NCBI GenBank assembly: GCA_963764725.1
Contig: CAVXTM010000015.1
Coordinates: forward strand, 288,001-352,000
DNA length: 64,000 nucleotides
DNA from: an uncultured Gammaproteobacteria bacterium
GTDB lineage: Bacteria; Pseudomonadota; Gammaproteobacteria; JACCXJ01
Direction of reading: 5' to 3'
Position 1 is the first letter of the stretch. The number at the start of each line of letters is the position of its first letter. The notes beneath the pieces were generated by a model that was given only the letters and a program-made list of their open reading frames with translations, did not search any database and was not told the DNA's origin. Shown in pieces: positions 20,738 to 30,626 of the stretch. Made by a program: the position numbers and the translations under genes.

Positions 20738-21851
20738 TCAGTTTTCGAAGAAACGTCGCGCCCAGGCTTCGCGCTCGTAGCACCACAACTGGCCGAAGGA
20801 TTCCTTGAGCAGATAAGCGGTATTCAATCGCTTGTTGGCGGCGAGGAGCCTTTTCAGGGCGGCTCGACCATCGAGGGTCAGATGCTCCCGCCGGGAGAGC
20901 AGCGTATACCTTTGACCCTTGATGTAGCTCCGTTTCTCGCCGCTGAGCCGGGCATACTCCTCCTTGCGGATCTTATCGAGCGCCTCACCCAGGTGACGCA
21001 TCACGTGAAATTTATCGAACAGGATAGCCGCCTGGGGTGCTTGTTCTCTGGTACTGTTGCGAAACGGCTTCCACATGTCCATCACGGCCAAGCGTACCCC
21101 CTTGGTTTTACGTGGCCCCAGCCAGGTGAAGAATTCGTCCATGCTGGCCTCCGAGCGACCGGTTCCGCCGAACCAAATGGGTCGGCCACGGAGGAGATCG
21201 CTGACCACGATGCGATAGGTGTGACCCTTGCGGATGGCGATCTCATCGATGCCGATAACCGCAGGTCCTGGCCGGCCAGCCCGTGCAAGCTGCGCACCCA
21301 TGTATTGCTTGTCCAACTCCTTGACCGTCTGCCAGTCGAGATCCAACTCATCGGCCACCGCTTTGATGGTGCTCGTGCGCCAGCGCCGCCCGACGTAGAA
21401 AGCAAAGCGCTTGGTGTAGAAAGGGTTGTCGGCCAGAAAGTCCAGACGCTCGCGCTTCACCTTGCCGCACTGCCGGCAATCCACACGCCGGACCTCCAAC
21501 TCCAGCCGCACGTGCGTATCCCCGCAGGAGAGATCTCGAACCTGCCGCAGCTTCTTGTCGTACCAACCGCGATGCAACGTACCGCAGACTCCACAGCGTG
21601 TTTTTTTGAGCGTCGTACGAGCGTGACGATGCGGACCTTCGGTTCCCCGAAAACCCCGCGTACCGTTGCTTGTGGACGAAAGCCGTCAAAGGCGTATGTG
21701 TCGGTGAGACGACGAGAGCGTTTGCGTTGGGTAGCCATCGCCACAGCATGCCAGAAATTACCGTCCCTTCAACCGGGCGTAATCCCTTGCAGAGCAAGCC
21801 TTGCAGCGTGACCATGAAACCAATATTACCCACACGTTTTTACGAAGACCC
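20738..21851 (-). mobile_element. ISL3-family element, 3'-truncated
   Basis: Transposase motifs CRQCGKVKRE, IGIDEIAIRKGH, AVMDMW, FDKFHV; upstream ORF 21457-21744; probable left end GGGTCTTCG at 21851; no right end seen. Confidence 0.85.
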
Positions 21852-21859
21852 TCATTTTT

Positions 21860-22702
21860 TTACGTGCCATAGCACTGCGCAAACAGGCCTAGGAAAACGT
21901 TTCGCACGGCTTTTACTAAATTTTCGGGTGTCCCGATGTCGAGACAGGTGTCATCGGGAAATACTACCCCTTCCACTCGCAGATCACTTTCGATCGCAGC
22001 CTTGAGAACGTCCCCAACAATCAATTCTCGCTGCTCGCGCATATTGTCCTGTTTGTTTGCTTTTTGGATAGCGCCAAGATATTCGTGCATGAAATGTGTG
22101 AAGACCGGTGTCCAGAGAGCAATACTCCATCCGTAGCGTAGATGAGTCTCTTTAGGTTTTATTGCAATGAGACTTATTCGACCGTCGTCGTCCAGATCCA
22201 CCATGTCCCATTTCTGCGGCTCTTCGATAGGGAAGAGCCCCAACACTACATCGGCATTCGTGGTTGCTTGCCTGGCCAGCAAGCGAACGAATGCATCGTC
22301 GGTTTTGAAAATAATATCGGGATAACCGAATGCCACCAACGCGCTTTGCACAAAGGGATAAGCCTGGTCCAAGGTGTAGGGCGCGCCAAAAGGCAAACCC
22401 ATCATCAAGTAGGCTAAATGCATATCCAACATTGCGCCATCTCCCAGATAGGCGGGAATGTCCCATTTGCCTTTGCCTAGCACAATGTAGACCTTGATGA
22501 CACCTGCCAATCGCATCTTCTCGAGCAGATAATGGCAAACCACTTTCGGACGCACGCTCTCACTGTCGCCCAAGGCCCGGAAGCCCACCGGATATAACTC
22601 TTTGCTGCAAGGTAATGGGGCCAGCCGCGTTGCTTTCCCGCCTGCCGGGAGCAACCCAATGACTTCCCGATAAAGCTCTCGGTCCCGGTTCGAGTTAGGC
22701 AT
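21860..22702 (-). CDS. Sugar-phosphate nucleotidyltransferase (RmlA-like)
   Basis: GLLPAGGKATRLAPLPCSKEL, DIGTPE. Confidence 0.88.
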   Translation of the reverse strand: MPNSNRDRELYREVIGLLPAGGKATRLAPLPCSKELYPVGFRALGDSESVRPKVVCHYLLEKMRLAGVIKVYIVLGKGKWDIPAYLGDGAMLDMHLAYLMMGLPFGAPYTLDQAYPFVQSALVAFGYPDIIFKTDDAFVRLLARQATTNADVVLGLFPIEEPQKWDMVDLDDDGRISLIAIKPKETHLRYGWSIALWTPVFTHFMHEYLGAIQKANKQDNMREQRELIVGDVLKAAIESDLRVEGVVFPDDTCLDIGTPENLVKAVRNVFLGLFAQCYGT

Positions 22703-22750
22703 GGCTTTCTGGATCTCGTGCGTAGATAAGGCGCCAGTCAGAGGTCTTAA

Positions 22751-23479
22751 CTAATAGGATTTGATGAGAGGCCGAATGCTGATATTGGTCACCTCGACAG
22801 TGCGCGGCAACCCGAGTGCGTTGATCACCACAGCGACCACGTCTTCAGGCTGCATGAGGAGCTCAGGGCGATAAGCCCTGCCCTCGGCCTCATGAATAGC
22901 CGCCTGCCGCGGCGTAGCGGTGCGTCCAGGAAACACACTTAGAACACGCACTCCGTCGACGTTCACTTCCTCTCGCAGGCTATCGGCGATGGCCTTAAGC
23001 GCGTGTTGGGTTGCGGCATATTGACACACGTTGGCTCTGGCGTTCAGGCCTACGGATGAGTTGATAAACACTATCTGACCTCGACGCAATTTGAGCATGG
23101 GCAGCAAGGCTTGCGTCAAGACATAAGGAGCACGAACATTGGTTTTGTACTGCCGGTCCAAGTCTGTGACAAGGGCAGTTTCAAGCGGGCCTTGAGAAAA
23201 ACTACCGGCACTGTGCACGAGCACATCAACCTGTCCAAAATTTTTCTGGAGACCCTCCGCGAGCTTGCGAATGTCATCATCCCGCGTCAGCTCGATCTGC
23301 CAAGCTTGCACCACTGGTGTGATCGCTCGAGCACTCTGCGCAACCGCATCTAGTCTTCGTAGATTTCGTCCCACCAGACAGAGCGTAGCACCCTGCGAGG
23401 CGAGGCCGAGGGCGATGGCTTTGCCGATCCCGTTGCTAGCGCCCGTAACTACGGCAATTTTATCCGTGAATGTTTTCAG
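22751..23479 (-). CDS. SDR family oxidoreductase (apparent CTG start)
   Basis: Frame open upstream of the called GTG through AVVTGASNGIG; HSAG, YAATQ; GGAG precedes CTG at 23479. Confidence 0.8.
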   Translation of the reverse strand: MKTFTDKIAVVTGASNGIGKAIALGLASQGATLCLVGRNLRRLDAVAQSARAITPVVQAWQIELTRDDDIRKLAEGLQKNFGQVDVLVHSAGSFSQGPLETALVTDLDRQYKTNVRAPYVLTQALLPMLKLRRGQIVFINSSVGLNARANVCQYAATQHALKAIADSLREEVNVDGVRVLSVFPGRTATPRQAAIHEAEGRAYRPELLMQPEDVVAVVINALGLPRTVEVTNISIRPLIKSY

Positions 23480-24491
23480 ACTCTTGCTCCAACTTGGTAT
23501 TAGTTAAGGCTGGGGTCTTACTTGGAGAGGATCGCTGGTCACGGTAGGGGCAGGGCTTCTGCGCGCGGTTTCCGAGCGTCTGGAGGAATAGCCGCGCTAT
23601 CCGCTTGCCCGCCACCAGCAGGTCCTTGACGAAGCCTTTGAAGAAGCGGAGAAACCATATGCCGACCTGAGGGTAGCAACGCAGCTTGTCATAAAGGCTC
23701 AAATCCGAGATCTGAAGGGCCCTTGCAAGCTCGAATAGAAGCTTCCATCGAGGGAGCAGTATGCGCCCCTTATTGATAGGGTCCACGAATGCAGCTTTCT
23801 CCCAGGGATCTAGGTAACCCGATCCCTCCGTATGACGCCGTCTGTACAGGAGGCGCTCGGGCAGCTCATAGAATTGCCCCATCAAAGCCAGCTCAGACAA
23901 TAGCACGACATCTGAGGCGTTATAGCTGCCCTCCAACCGGGTCTTCCTGATAACCTCGGTTCTCATGACGCCAAACATCGGATTGATCCACCAGTTCCCC
24001 CCCCGGAACCGCCGGTGGAAAGCCCGATAGCGCACGACCGGATCCGGTGCCCGCAGATCGAGCCCGTCCTCAGGATCGCTCACGAGGTTTCCATGCTCGT
24101 CTATCACTCGACTTTGCGGGTAGCAGAGCACAACCGCGGGGTGCTGCTCCAGGACCTCGACGCACCGGGCGAGAAACTCCGGGGCACACAGGTCATCGTG
24201 ATGCGCCGACTTGAAGTATTTGCCGATCGCCAACTGGATAGTGCGGTTCCCATTGCGCGCGCTGCCTATGTTTTCGTCGTTTCGGGAATAGCGTATGCGT
24301 GGGTCGCGAGCCGCGTATTCGCGGCAGATCGCCTCGGTGGCATCTGTCGAGGCGTTATCCGAAATAATTAATTCAAAATCATGGAACGTCTGTGCCAGCA
24401 CGGCGTCCAGGGCGGCTTTCACGTAACGCTCGCCGTTATAGACGGGCATGCCGACGGACACGCGCGGCGGGATATTATTCGCGTGGGTCAT
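23460..24491 (-). CDS. GT2 glycosyltransferase (copy A)
   Basis: VSVGMPVYNGE, IISDNASTD, HHDD. Confidence 0.92.
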   Translation of the reverse strand: MTHANNIPPRVSVGMPVYNGERYVKAALDAVLAQTFHDFELIISDNASTDATEAICREYAARDPRIRYSRNDENIGSARNGNRTIQLAIGKYFKSAHHDDLCAPEFLARCVEVLEQHPAVVLCYPQSRVIDEHGNLVSDPEDGLDLRAPDPVVRYRAFHRRFRGGNWWINPMFGVMRTEVIRKTRLEGSYNASDVVLLSELALMGQFYELPERLLYRRRHTEGSGYLDPWEKAAFVDPINKGRILLPRWKLLFELARALQISDLSLYDKLRCYPQVGIWFLRFFKGFVKDLLVAGKRIARLFLQTLGNRAQKPCPYRDQRSSPSKTPALTNTKLEQESENIHG

Positions 24492-24964
24492 AGGTCTCGA
24501 AGATCAAGCCAGTGGTTGTGGGCCATGGGACTTACAGGTTCGGCATGGCTTCCGGCACCCGTTGCTTTCCGCACACCGGTCGAAAGGACCCGACGCTCTC
24601 TTTTGCATTATAATGAGTGGGACGAAAGTACGCAAAACGGACCGCATCTCGGTGAACTCACGACCACTCGCTGTTGCGGCGGCCCCAGGTTCGTCCCATT
24701 CCTCATCGATAAGGGGGTTAGGAGTCGGAGTCGGTTGAGAAATGGAATTGGATTTATTATGCTTTTACTTGGGGTCAGGAGCACCCACGACGATATCGGG
24801 TAGCATCAGTTGAAGCGGATTGTGTGCGATTACTATTAAGAACCATCCATTGGAGTATTGGCAATCTAGACGTCTGCTGGCAAGCTTGCTTAGATTTGGT
24901 ACGCGGTTCTGATCCAATAATCGTCGAGCGGGCGAACAAATTACCTGTGCATATATCCTCTATA

Positions 24965-26245
24965 TCAATAGATCCTTGGTGAACAGCGACTGGCCTTCTG
25001 AGGGCATGAGGCAAACCTCCAGGCCGTGAATCGTCGAAATGTACGCAAACACCTAAAAGCTGCGTAGTCCCATGCGCCGAACGCAATCGCACGGGCGAGC
25101 AGCACGGCCATAGGGAGTAGGCAACAGTAGCAATGCAAACCGTCCCCTTTTTCATCACAACGGCCCGGTCCGGCACCCAGTCGCTTTACGCGGCTGCCGT
25201 ACTCACTCAATCTTGGTCGTCGCAGTAGCTTGGTTGCTGACCAGCACCACGCCGAGTCCCACCGCGTGGTCCGTTGATCCGGGCGCCTCAACGAGACACT
25301 GCCACACTCGGAGCTTCTGCAGACTTGGAGGCACCGCATGACGGAAGCGTCGCCAAGTTCGACGAAAGGATGAGGGACGGTCCCTGTCACCGCTTCAAGA
25401 TAACGGGTCTGAAGGGCCGTCAAAACAGGCGATGCTTCCGGCAGCGGCAAGCCGTCGATTGATTTAGCCGGTATGACCACCGCGAGAGTTCCGCACAGAG
25501 CGATCTCGTCCGCCACCAGCAATTCCGTGCGATCGATCGGACGCCGTATGAACTCGATGTTCATAGAATGAGCCAACGCCTCAACGACATCCAGCGTGAT
25601 ACCCTCCAACGCCCCTTCTGTCGCGGAAGGCGTGCACACCGTACCCTCCCGAACCATCAGCACGCAGGACCCGGTTGCCTCCGCTACCCGGCCCCACTGA
25701 TTGAGCAGCACCATGTCCGGGCACCCCCGCGCGCGACCCTCGATCCTTGCCAAGCGGCCGGTCTGGTAGTTGGTTGCGGTCTTGATCCTGGCAGGAAGCG
25801 ACAAGTCGCCACTCCGCTGCCAAGTACTGACTCCCAAGTTAATAGGCGGGGACACGGGTGTGTCGTGGTGGTAGGCGGTCACGGCGAGATCCGCGGCAGT
25901 TCCCTCGCCCCAATGTCCCTCAGTCACGTAAAGTGTTGTCCGAGCCCACATATTCCGGCCCGGTTCGACTAAGGCACCGATCAGTTCGTCGAGCGCGCCC
26001 TCGTACTCCTCGTACGTCGTGAGGAAAGGAATGTGCAGCAAACGAGCAGATCGTCGCAGACGTTCATAATGACGACGCAGCATCACCATTGCGAACCGCC
26101 CATCGGGCTGCCAAAAGCCCGTGATCCCTTCGAATACGCTGAGACCCCTGGTGAAAGCCTCACAACCGATATGGAGCAGGGCTTCGTTCCACAGACGAAG
26201 TTTGCCTCCCATGTATACGAACTTTGGTTCTTGCAGTGTTGCCAC
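24965..26245 (-). CDS. Class IV PLP aminotransferase (BCAT/ADC-lyase-like); C-terminal about 120 aa probably spurious read-through
   Basis: GLSVFEG, RLRRSA, IKTATNY, AEATG, LEGIT, ADEIALCGT. Confidence 0.8.
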   Translation of the reverse strand: MATLQEPKFVYMGGKLRLWNEALLHIGCEAFTRGLSVFEGITGFWQPDGRFAMVMLRRHYERLRRSARLLHIPFLTTYEEYEGALDELIGALVEPGRNMWARTTLYVTEGHWGEGTAADLAVTAYHHDTPVSPPINLGVSTWQRSGDLSLPARIKTATNYQTGRLARIEGRARGCPDMVLLNQWGRVAEATGSCVLMVREGTVCTPSATEGALEGITLDVVEALAHSMNIEFIRRPIDRTELLVADEIALCGTLAVVIPAKSIDGLPLPEASPVLTALQTRYLEAVTGTVPHPFVELGDASVMRCLQVCRSSECGSVSLRRPDQRTTRWDSAWCWSATKLLRRPRLSEYGSRVKRLGAGPGRCDEKGDGLHCYCCLLPMAVLLARAIAFGAWDYAAFRCLRTFRRFTAWRFASCPQKASRCSPRIY

Positions 26246-26479
26246 GTCGGCCTCCTGTATCGTCTCCTGACGAGCTAAGCCTCGAGATGCGTGCCTCGGC
26301 GGGTTCGCTATCTGCTCAATCCCTATGCTGGTACAACAGGACCTTCTCGGCTCTCTGTTCCGTCAGTATAGACAGCCACAATCTCGTCGGCAATGCGGGA
26401 GGAATCGGTCCCGCGCAGATGATCCCTCATGGTAGCGCCCGTACAAGCCTCATCCCCTGGGGGCGCTCCCCGCTTCGCG

Positions 26480-26867
26480 AGACGTCTTCGAGGTGAACGA
26501 CCCTAAAGTCGATGCTGAATCTGGTCTTTCCCGAGGTGTTGACTGGAGTGCATTTGTGCGCCTGAGAACGTAATAAGTCCGCCTACCGGACAGATCAGCC
26601 GGATCTGCGGATCCAACTCGATCGGCTCTGTGGCGCGCGGGAGGGGCCGCGGGTCCTCTTTGTATAGCCTGCCACGCTGGCGCCGCGATAGAGCTTGTTC
26701 CATTCATAGTAATTGTATCCGCTCGAGCTGTTTCGCACCGGCCGGTTCCAGTAGCGCGGGTGAAACGCCATCGCATTATCGGATTCAAAATCGTAAACTG
26801 GCATCCACCAGTTTATCTGCCAGGGGGGTAGAGTACCACGTGTCGCGGTGAGGGTGCCACGCGTACG
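26480..26867 (-). pseudogene. 5'-truncated, frameshifted paralog of the HRDTWY protein
   Basis: AYAWHPHRDTWYS...INWWMPVY..ESDNAMAFHPRYW...GGLITFSGAQMH aligns with 19761-20687. Confidence 0.8.
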
Positions 26868-27122
26868 CTAGGCGGGGATGTCCCATTTGCCTTTGCCTAA
26901 CACAATGTAGACCTTGATGACACCTGCCAACCGCATCTTCTCGAGCAGATAATGGCAAACCACTTTCGGGCGCACGCTCTCACTGTCGTCCAAGGCCCGG
27001 AAGCCCACCGGATATAACTCTTTGCTGCAAGGTAATGGGGCTAGCCGCGTTGCTTTCCCGCCTGCCGGGAGCAACCCAATGACTTCCCGATAAAGCTCTC
27101 GGTCCCGGTTCGAGTTAGCCAT
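26868..27122 (-). pseudogene. 3'-truncated near-identical copy of the nucleotidyltransferase
   Basis: 84 aa almost identical to the N-terminus of 21860-22702, ending at WDIPA. Confidence 0.9.
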
Positions 27123-27167
27123 GGCTTTCTGGAGCGTTATAACCTCATCTATTTGTTGAACACTACA

Positions 27168-28476
27168 CTAGTTATATTGTCTATAGACGGTCTTAACAGG
27201 CGGGCCGATCATGAATTTGCTCACACCTTCATCCAGCGCCCTGCGGTAGATCCCAAGGGCTTCGTGGATGGCTTCGACAGTCCTGTCGATATCCGCATCC
27301 GTGTGCGCATAGCTCACCACGAGAGACGGCGCGAGGATGCCGCGCTTTATTGTTTCCTGCAGAAACAAGGTCCTGAAGACCTGAGAGGCTTGCTTAGTCT
27401 CATCCCGAGTCGCGTACACGAGGCAGCACGGTCTTCCCATGACTTGGAAGTACGATTCCAAGCGATGCTCCGTAATCGACTTCCTGATGCCTTGATCGAG
27501 GCGTTGTCCTTGCCGCCAAAGGGTATCGATAACTGGTTCGCGCTTATAAGTGCGCATTGTTTCCATGGCGGCCGCCAGGCCGTGACTCTCTGCTCCGTGT
27601 GTCGTGGAAAGTAGGAACACCCGTTCCCGCTCGTGATCAAGCCCCCCAAGCCGCATGATCTCTTTCTTACCAGCCAAAGCCGACACTGAGAAACCATTTC
27701 CCAGAGCTTTCCCGAAGGTCGAACAGATCGGGAACTACGTTGTGGAAGCGTTGGGCACCCCCGTTATGCCAGCGGAAGCCCGTGATCATCTCGTCCAGGA
27801 TAAAAACCGTGCCATTTTCACGGCAGAGTTTTTGGGCTTCGTGGAGGAAATCATTCTTAGGTGGCGTCTCTTTTTCGGGCTCGAGGATTACGCAGGCTAT
27901 TCGCGCCGGCTCCTCGGCAAACAAACGCCGCAGGCTTTCGATATCGTTATAGCGGAACTTGCGGGTCAATGCCTGTATCGTACTCGGAATTCCGGCCGCC
28001 ATCGCAGTAGTCCCGATAAACCAGTCACTAACCGAGAAGAATGGGTGGTCGCTACAAACTGCCACCAGATCCCTGCCCGTATAGGCGCGGGACAGCCGGA
28101 TTGCCGCATCGTTTACGTCAGACCCGTTCTTGGCGAATTTCACCATCTCGGCGCCTTCGATGAGGCTGAGAAGCTCTTCTGCGCACTCAAGCTCGATGGG
28201 CGCGGGACGCACGAAGTTCGTTCCTCGCAGCATGGCCCTGTGGGCGGCTTCCACCACTGGCGCGTAAGCGTGCCCCAGCGTCACCGCCCGCAGGCCCATG
28301 CCGTACTCGATGAATTCATTGCCGTCCACATCCCATACGTGGCATCCCAGGCCTCTATCGATGTAACGCGGACAAGAACCCGGATACTGGTCGTCCCCTT
28401 TCGCATAGGTATGCGCGCCACCGGGGATTAACGCATGGAACCGCTGTGCCATTGTTCGGGATTTATCAAAGCTCAT
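27168..28476 (-). CDS. Class III PLP aminotransferase (GSA-aminomutase-like, sugar-cluster type), frameshift near 27720
   Basis: IPGGAHTYAKGDDQY, WDVDGNEFIEY, KNGSD, DEMITGFR, LSTTHGAE across ORFs 27667-28530 and 27168-27686. Confidence 0.85.
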
Positions 28477-28611
28477 TTGCCTATCACCGCTCTGTCTTCG
28501 AGGATTTCCGGGTCTCAAATGTTGCACCAAGGAAACGATTCAGCTTACTCCCGAGAGGAAGCGGAGAGGCTGGCCTTGGAAGGCGAGGGAGAGCGGCCCA
28601 GGGTGGCAAGC

Positions 28612-29553
28612 TCAGGTCCTTTCAGCTTGGCTCCCAAACTTCTGCATGGACAGCTCCGCTATCCGCTTGGCTGCGACCAGCAGGTCTTTGACAAAGCTTT
28701 TGAAATAGCGCAGAAACCATAAGCCGATCTGAGGGCAGCAACGCAGCTTGTCATAAAGACTCAAATCCGAGTTCTGCAAGGCCTTTGCAAGCTCGAATAG
28801 GAGCTTCCATCGAGGGAGTAGTATCCGGCCCTTATTGACAGGGTCTTCGAACACAGCCTTCTCCCAGGGATCCAGGTTACCCGATCCCTCCGGATGACGC
28901 CGTCTGTACAGGAGGCGCTCGGAAAGCTCGTGGAATTCCCCCATCAGAGCCAGCTCAGACAGTAGCACGACGTCTGCGGCGAAATAGCTGCCGTCCAACC
29001 GGGTCTTCTTGATGACTTCGGTTCTCATGACGCCAAACATCGGATTAATCCACCAGTTCCCCCCCCGATACCGCCGGAGGAAAGCTCGATAGCGCTCGAC
29101 CGGATCGGTTGCGCGCAGGTCGAGTCCGTCCTCTGGATCGCTCACGAAGTCTCCATGCTCGTCTATCACTCTACTTTGCGGATAACAGAGCACCGCGGCA
29201 GGCTGCTGCTCTAGGACCTGGACGCAGCGAAGGAGAAACTCCGGGGCACACAGATCATCGTGATGCGCCCATTTGAAGTATTGGCCGGTCGCCAGCTCAA
29301 CGGTGCGGTTGCTATTGCGCGCGGCGCCTATGTTTTCGTCGTTTCGAGAATAGCGTATGCGCGGGTCGCGAGCCGCGTATTCGCGGCAAATCTCCCCGGT
29401 GGCATCGGTCGAGGCGTTATCCGAGATGATTAGCTCAAAATCACGGAATGTCTGGGTCAGCACAGCGTCCAATGCAGCTTTTACGTAACGCTCGCCGTTA
29501 TAGACGGGCATGCCGACAGAGACGCGCGGCGGGATATCATTCGTGCGGGTCAT
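28612..29553 (-). CDS. GT2 glycosyltransferase (copy B)
   Basis: Close paralog of 23460-24491. Confidence 0.92.
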   Translation of the reverse strand: MTRTNDIPPRVSVGMPVYNGERYVKAALDAVLTQTFRDFELIISDNASTDATGEICREYAARDPRIRYSRNDENIGAARNSNRTVELATGQYFKWAHHDDLCAPEFLLRCVQVLEQQPAAVLCYPQSRVIDEHGDFVSDPEDGLDLRATDPVERYRAFLRRYRGGNWWINPMFGVMRTEVIKKTRLDGSYFAADVVLLSELALMGEFHELSERLLYRRRHPEGSGNLDPWEKAVFEDPVNKGRILLPRWKLLFELAKALQNSDLSLYDKLRCCPQIGLWFLRYFKSFVKDLLVAAKRIAELSMQKFGSQAERT

Positions 29554-29723
29554 AGGTCTCGGAGTTCAACCAGCGGTCGTGGGTTATGGCACTTACATGT
29601 CCGGCATGGCTTCTGACGCCCCTTGCCTTCGGCACACAGGTCGAACAGGCCCAATGCCGTCGCTTGCATAATACGGGGTGGAGTGGGTAGTACGCAACGG
29701 ACCGCGACGCGTGCCAGGGCCTC

Positions 29724-30626
29724 TCACCGACACCAGTGGGTTAAATCCCGGCCAAGTAGTTCACTCAGGCGTTGCACCTCGGGGTGGAATTTACGCTGAA
29801 GTTCGACCCTCAACTCTGGATCCATCGCAGGACGTGTCACATATTTGGTGTTAAGTTGTCCCAGTCTTTGAAGAACTTCGCGACGCAAAGGTCGGGGCAC
29901 CGTTGCCCTGACGAGCGATCGAGCCAAAGGGTGGCTCTTCAAGGTCCACAACAAGCTTCTGAAGGTCTTGCTGCGCACCTGTTTGTTTGGATTCACTACC
30001 TCAAACCTGGGTTGGAAGCGGTCGTCTATATTCAAAAAGCACAGCGTCTCTTGATAGACAGATGCCGCATCTTGCTTAAGGTCGTCATAAATGATGATGT
30101 GTACTTTCTCCCGCCCAAACCTGTCAAAATAGCGCTTGACCTGATCTGTATACTTGCCAACCTCCATATAAAAGAAGCCACTGATTATCAACTCATTCTC
30201 AGGAAGCCTGGCTCCTGGTTTTCTTATACTCTCATCCTCAAGGGCCGCCCTAAAATCCTCGATCTCTTCTCCTCCAGTGCGTAGCATATGACTATGCAGA
30301 GAGTAAAGCATATCTACTGGATTTCTGAGCATAATAATTATATCTGCGGCACCAGCGAAATCCCGAATCTCGTAAGCCGCGCGCTTTGAATACAAATAGA
30401 ACACTGATTTCTCGCCTACTCGCCTCCGGAACTTCGCCTCGGGAGTATCAAAGTGCGCCAGGTATTGCTCAATGGTGCACCTGGGATGTGTAAACAGCAG
30501 GTCATTACCGAAGAAATCCATCTCCTTCTCTGGCAAACAAATATCCGGATGCTGACTCAAGTAATACCGCATGGCTGTTGTTCCACACTTTGGCGCTCCG
30601 ACAATGAAAAAGTCTGGCTTTCTCAC
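29724..30626 (-). CDS. PAPS-dependent sulfotransferase
   Basis: PDFFIVGAPKCGTT (5'-PSB) and LRNPVDMLYS (3'-PB). Confidence 0.9.
   Translation of the reverse strand: MRKPDFFIVGAPKCGTTAMRYYLSQHPDICLPEKEMDFFGNDLLFTHPRCTIEQYLAHFDTPEAKFRRRVGEKSVFYLYSKRAAYEIRDFAGAADIIIMLRNPVDMLYSLHSHMLRTGGEEIEDFRAALEDESIRKPGARLPENELIISGFFYMEVGKYTDQVKRYFDRFGREKVHIIIYDDLKQDAASVYQETLCFLNIDDRFQPRFEVVNPNKQVRSKTFRSLLWTLKSHPLARSLVRATVPRPLRREVLQRLGQLNTKYVTRPAMDPELRVELQRKFHPEVQRLSELLGRDLTHWCR

Noticed and set aside
27168-28476. Housekeeping hemL
   Set aside because: The GGAHTYAKGDDQ-type sequence and the glycan context point to the sugar-cluster paralog; no hem genes are nearby.
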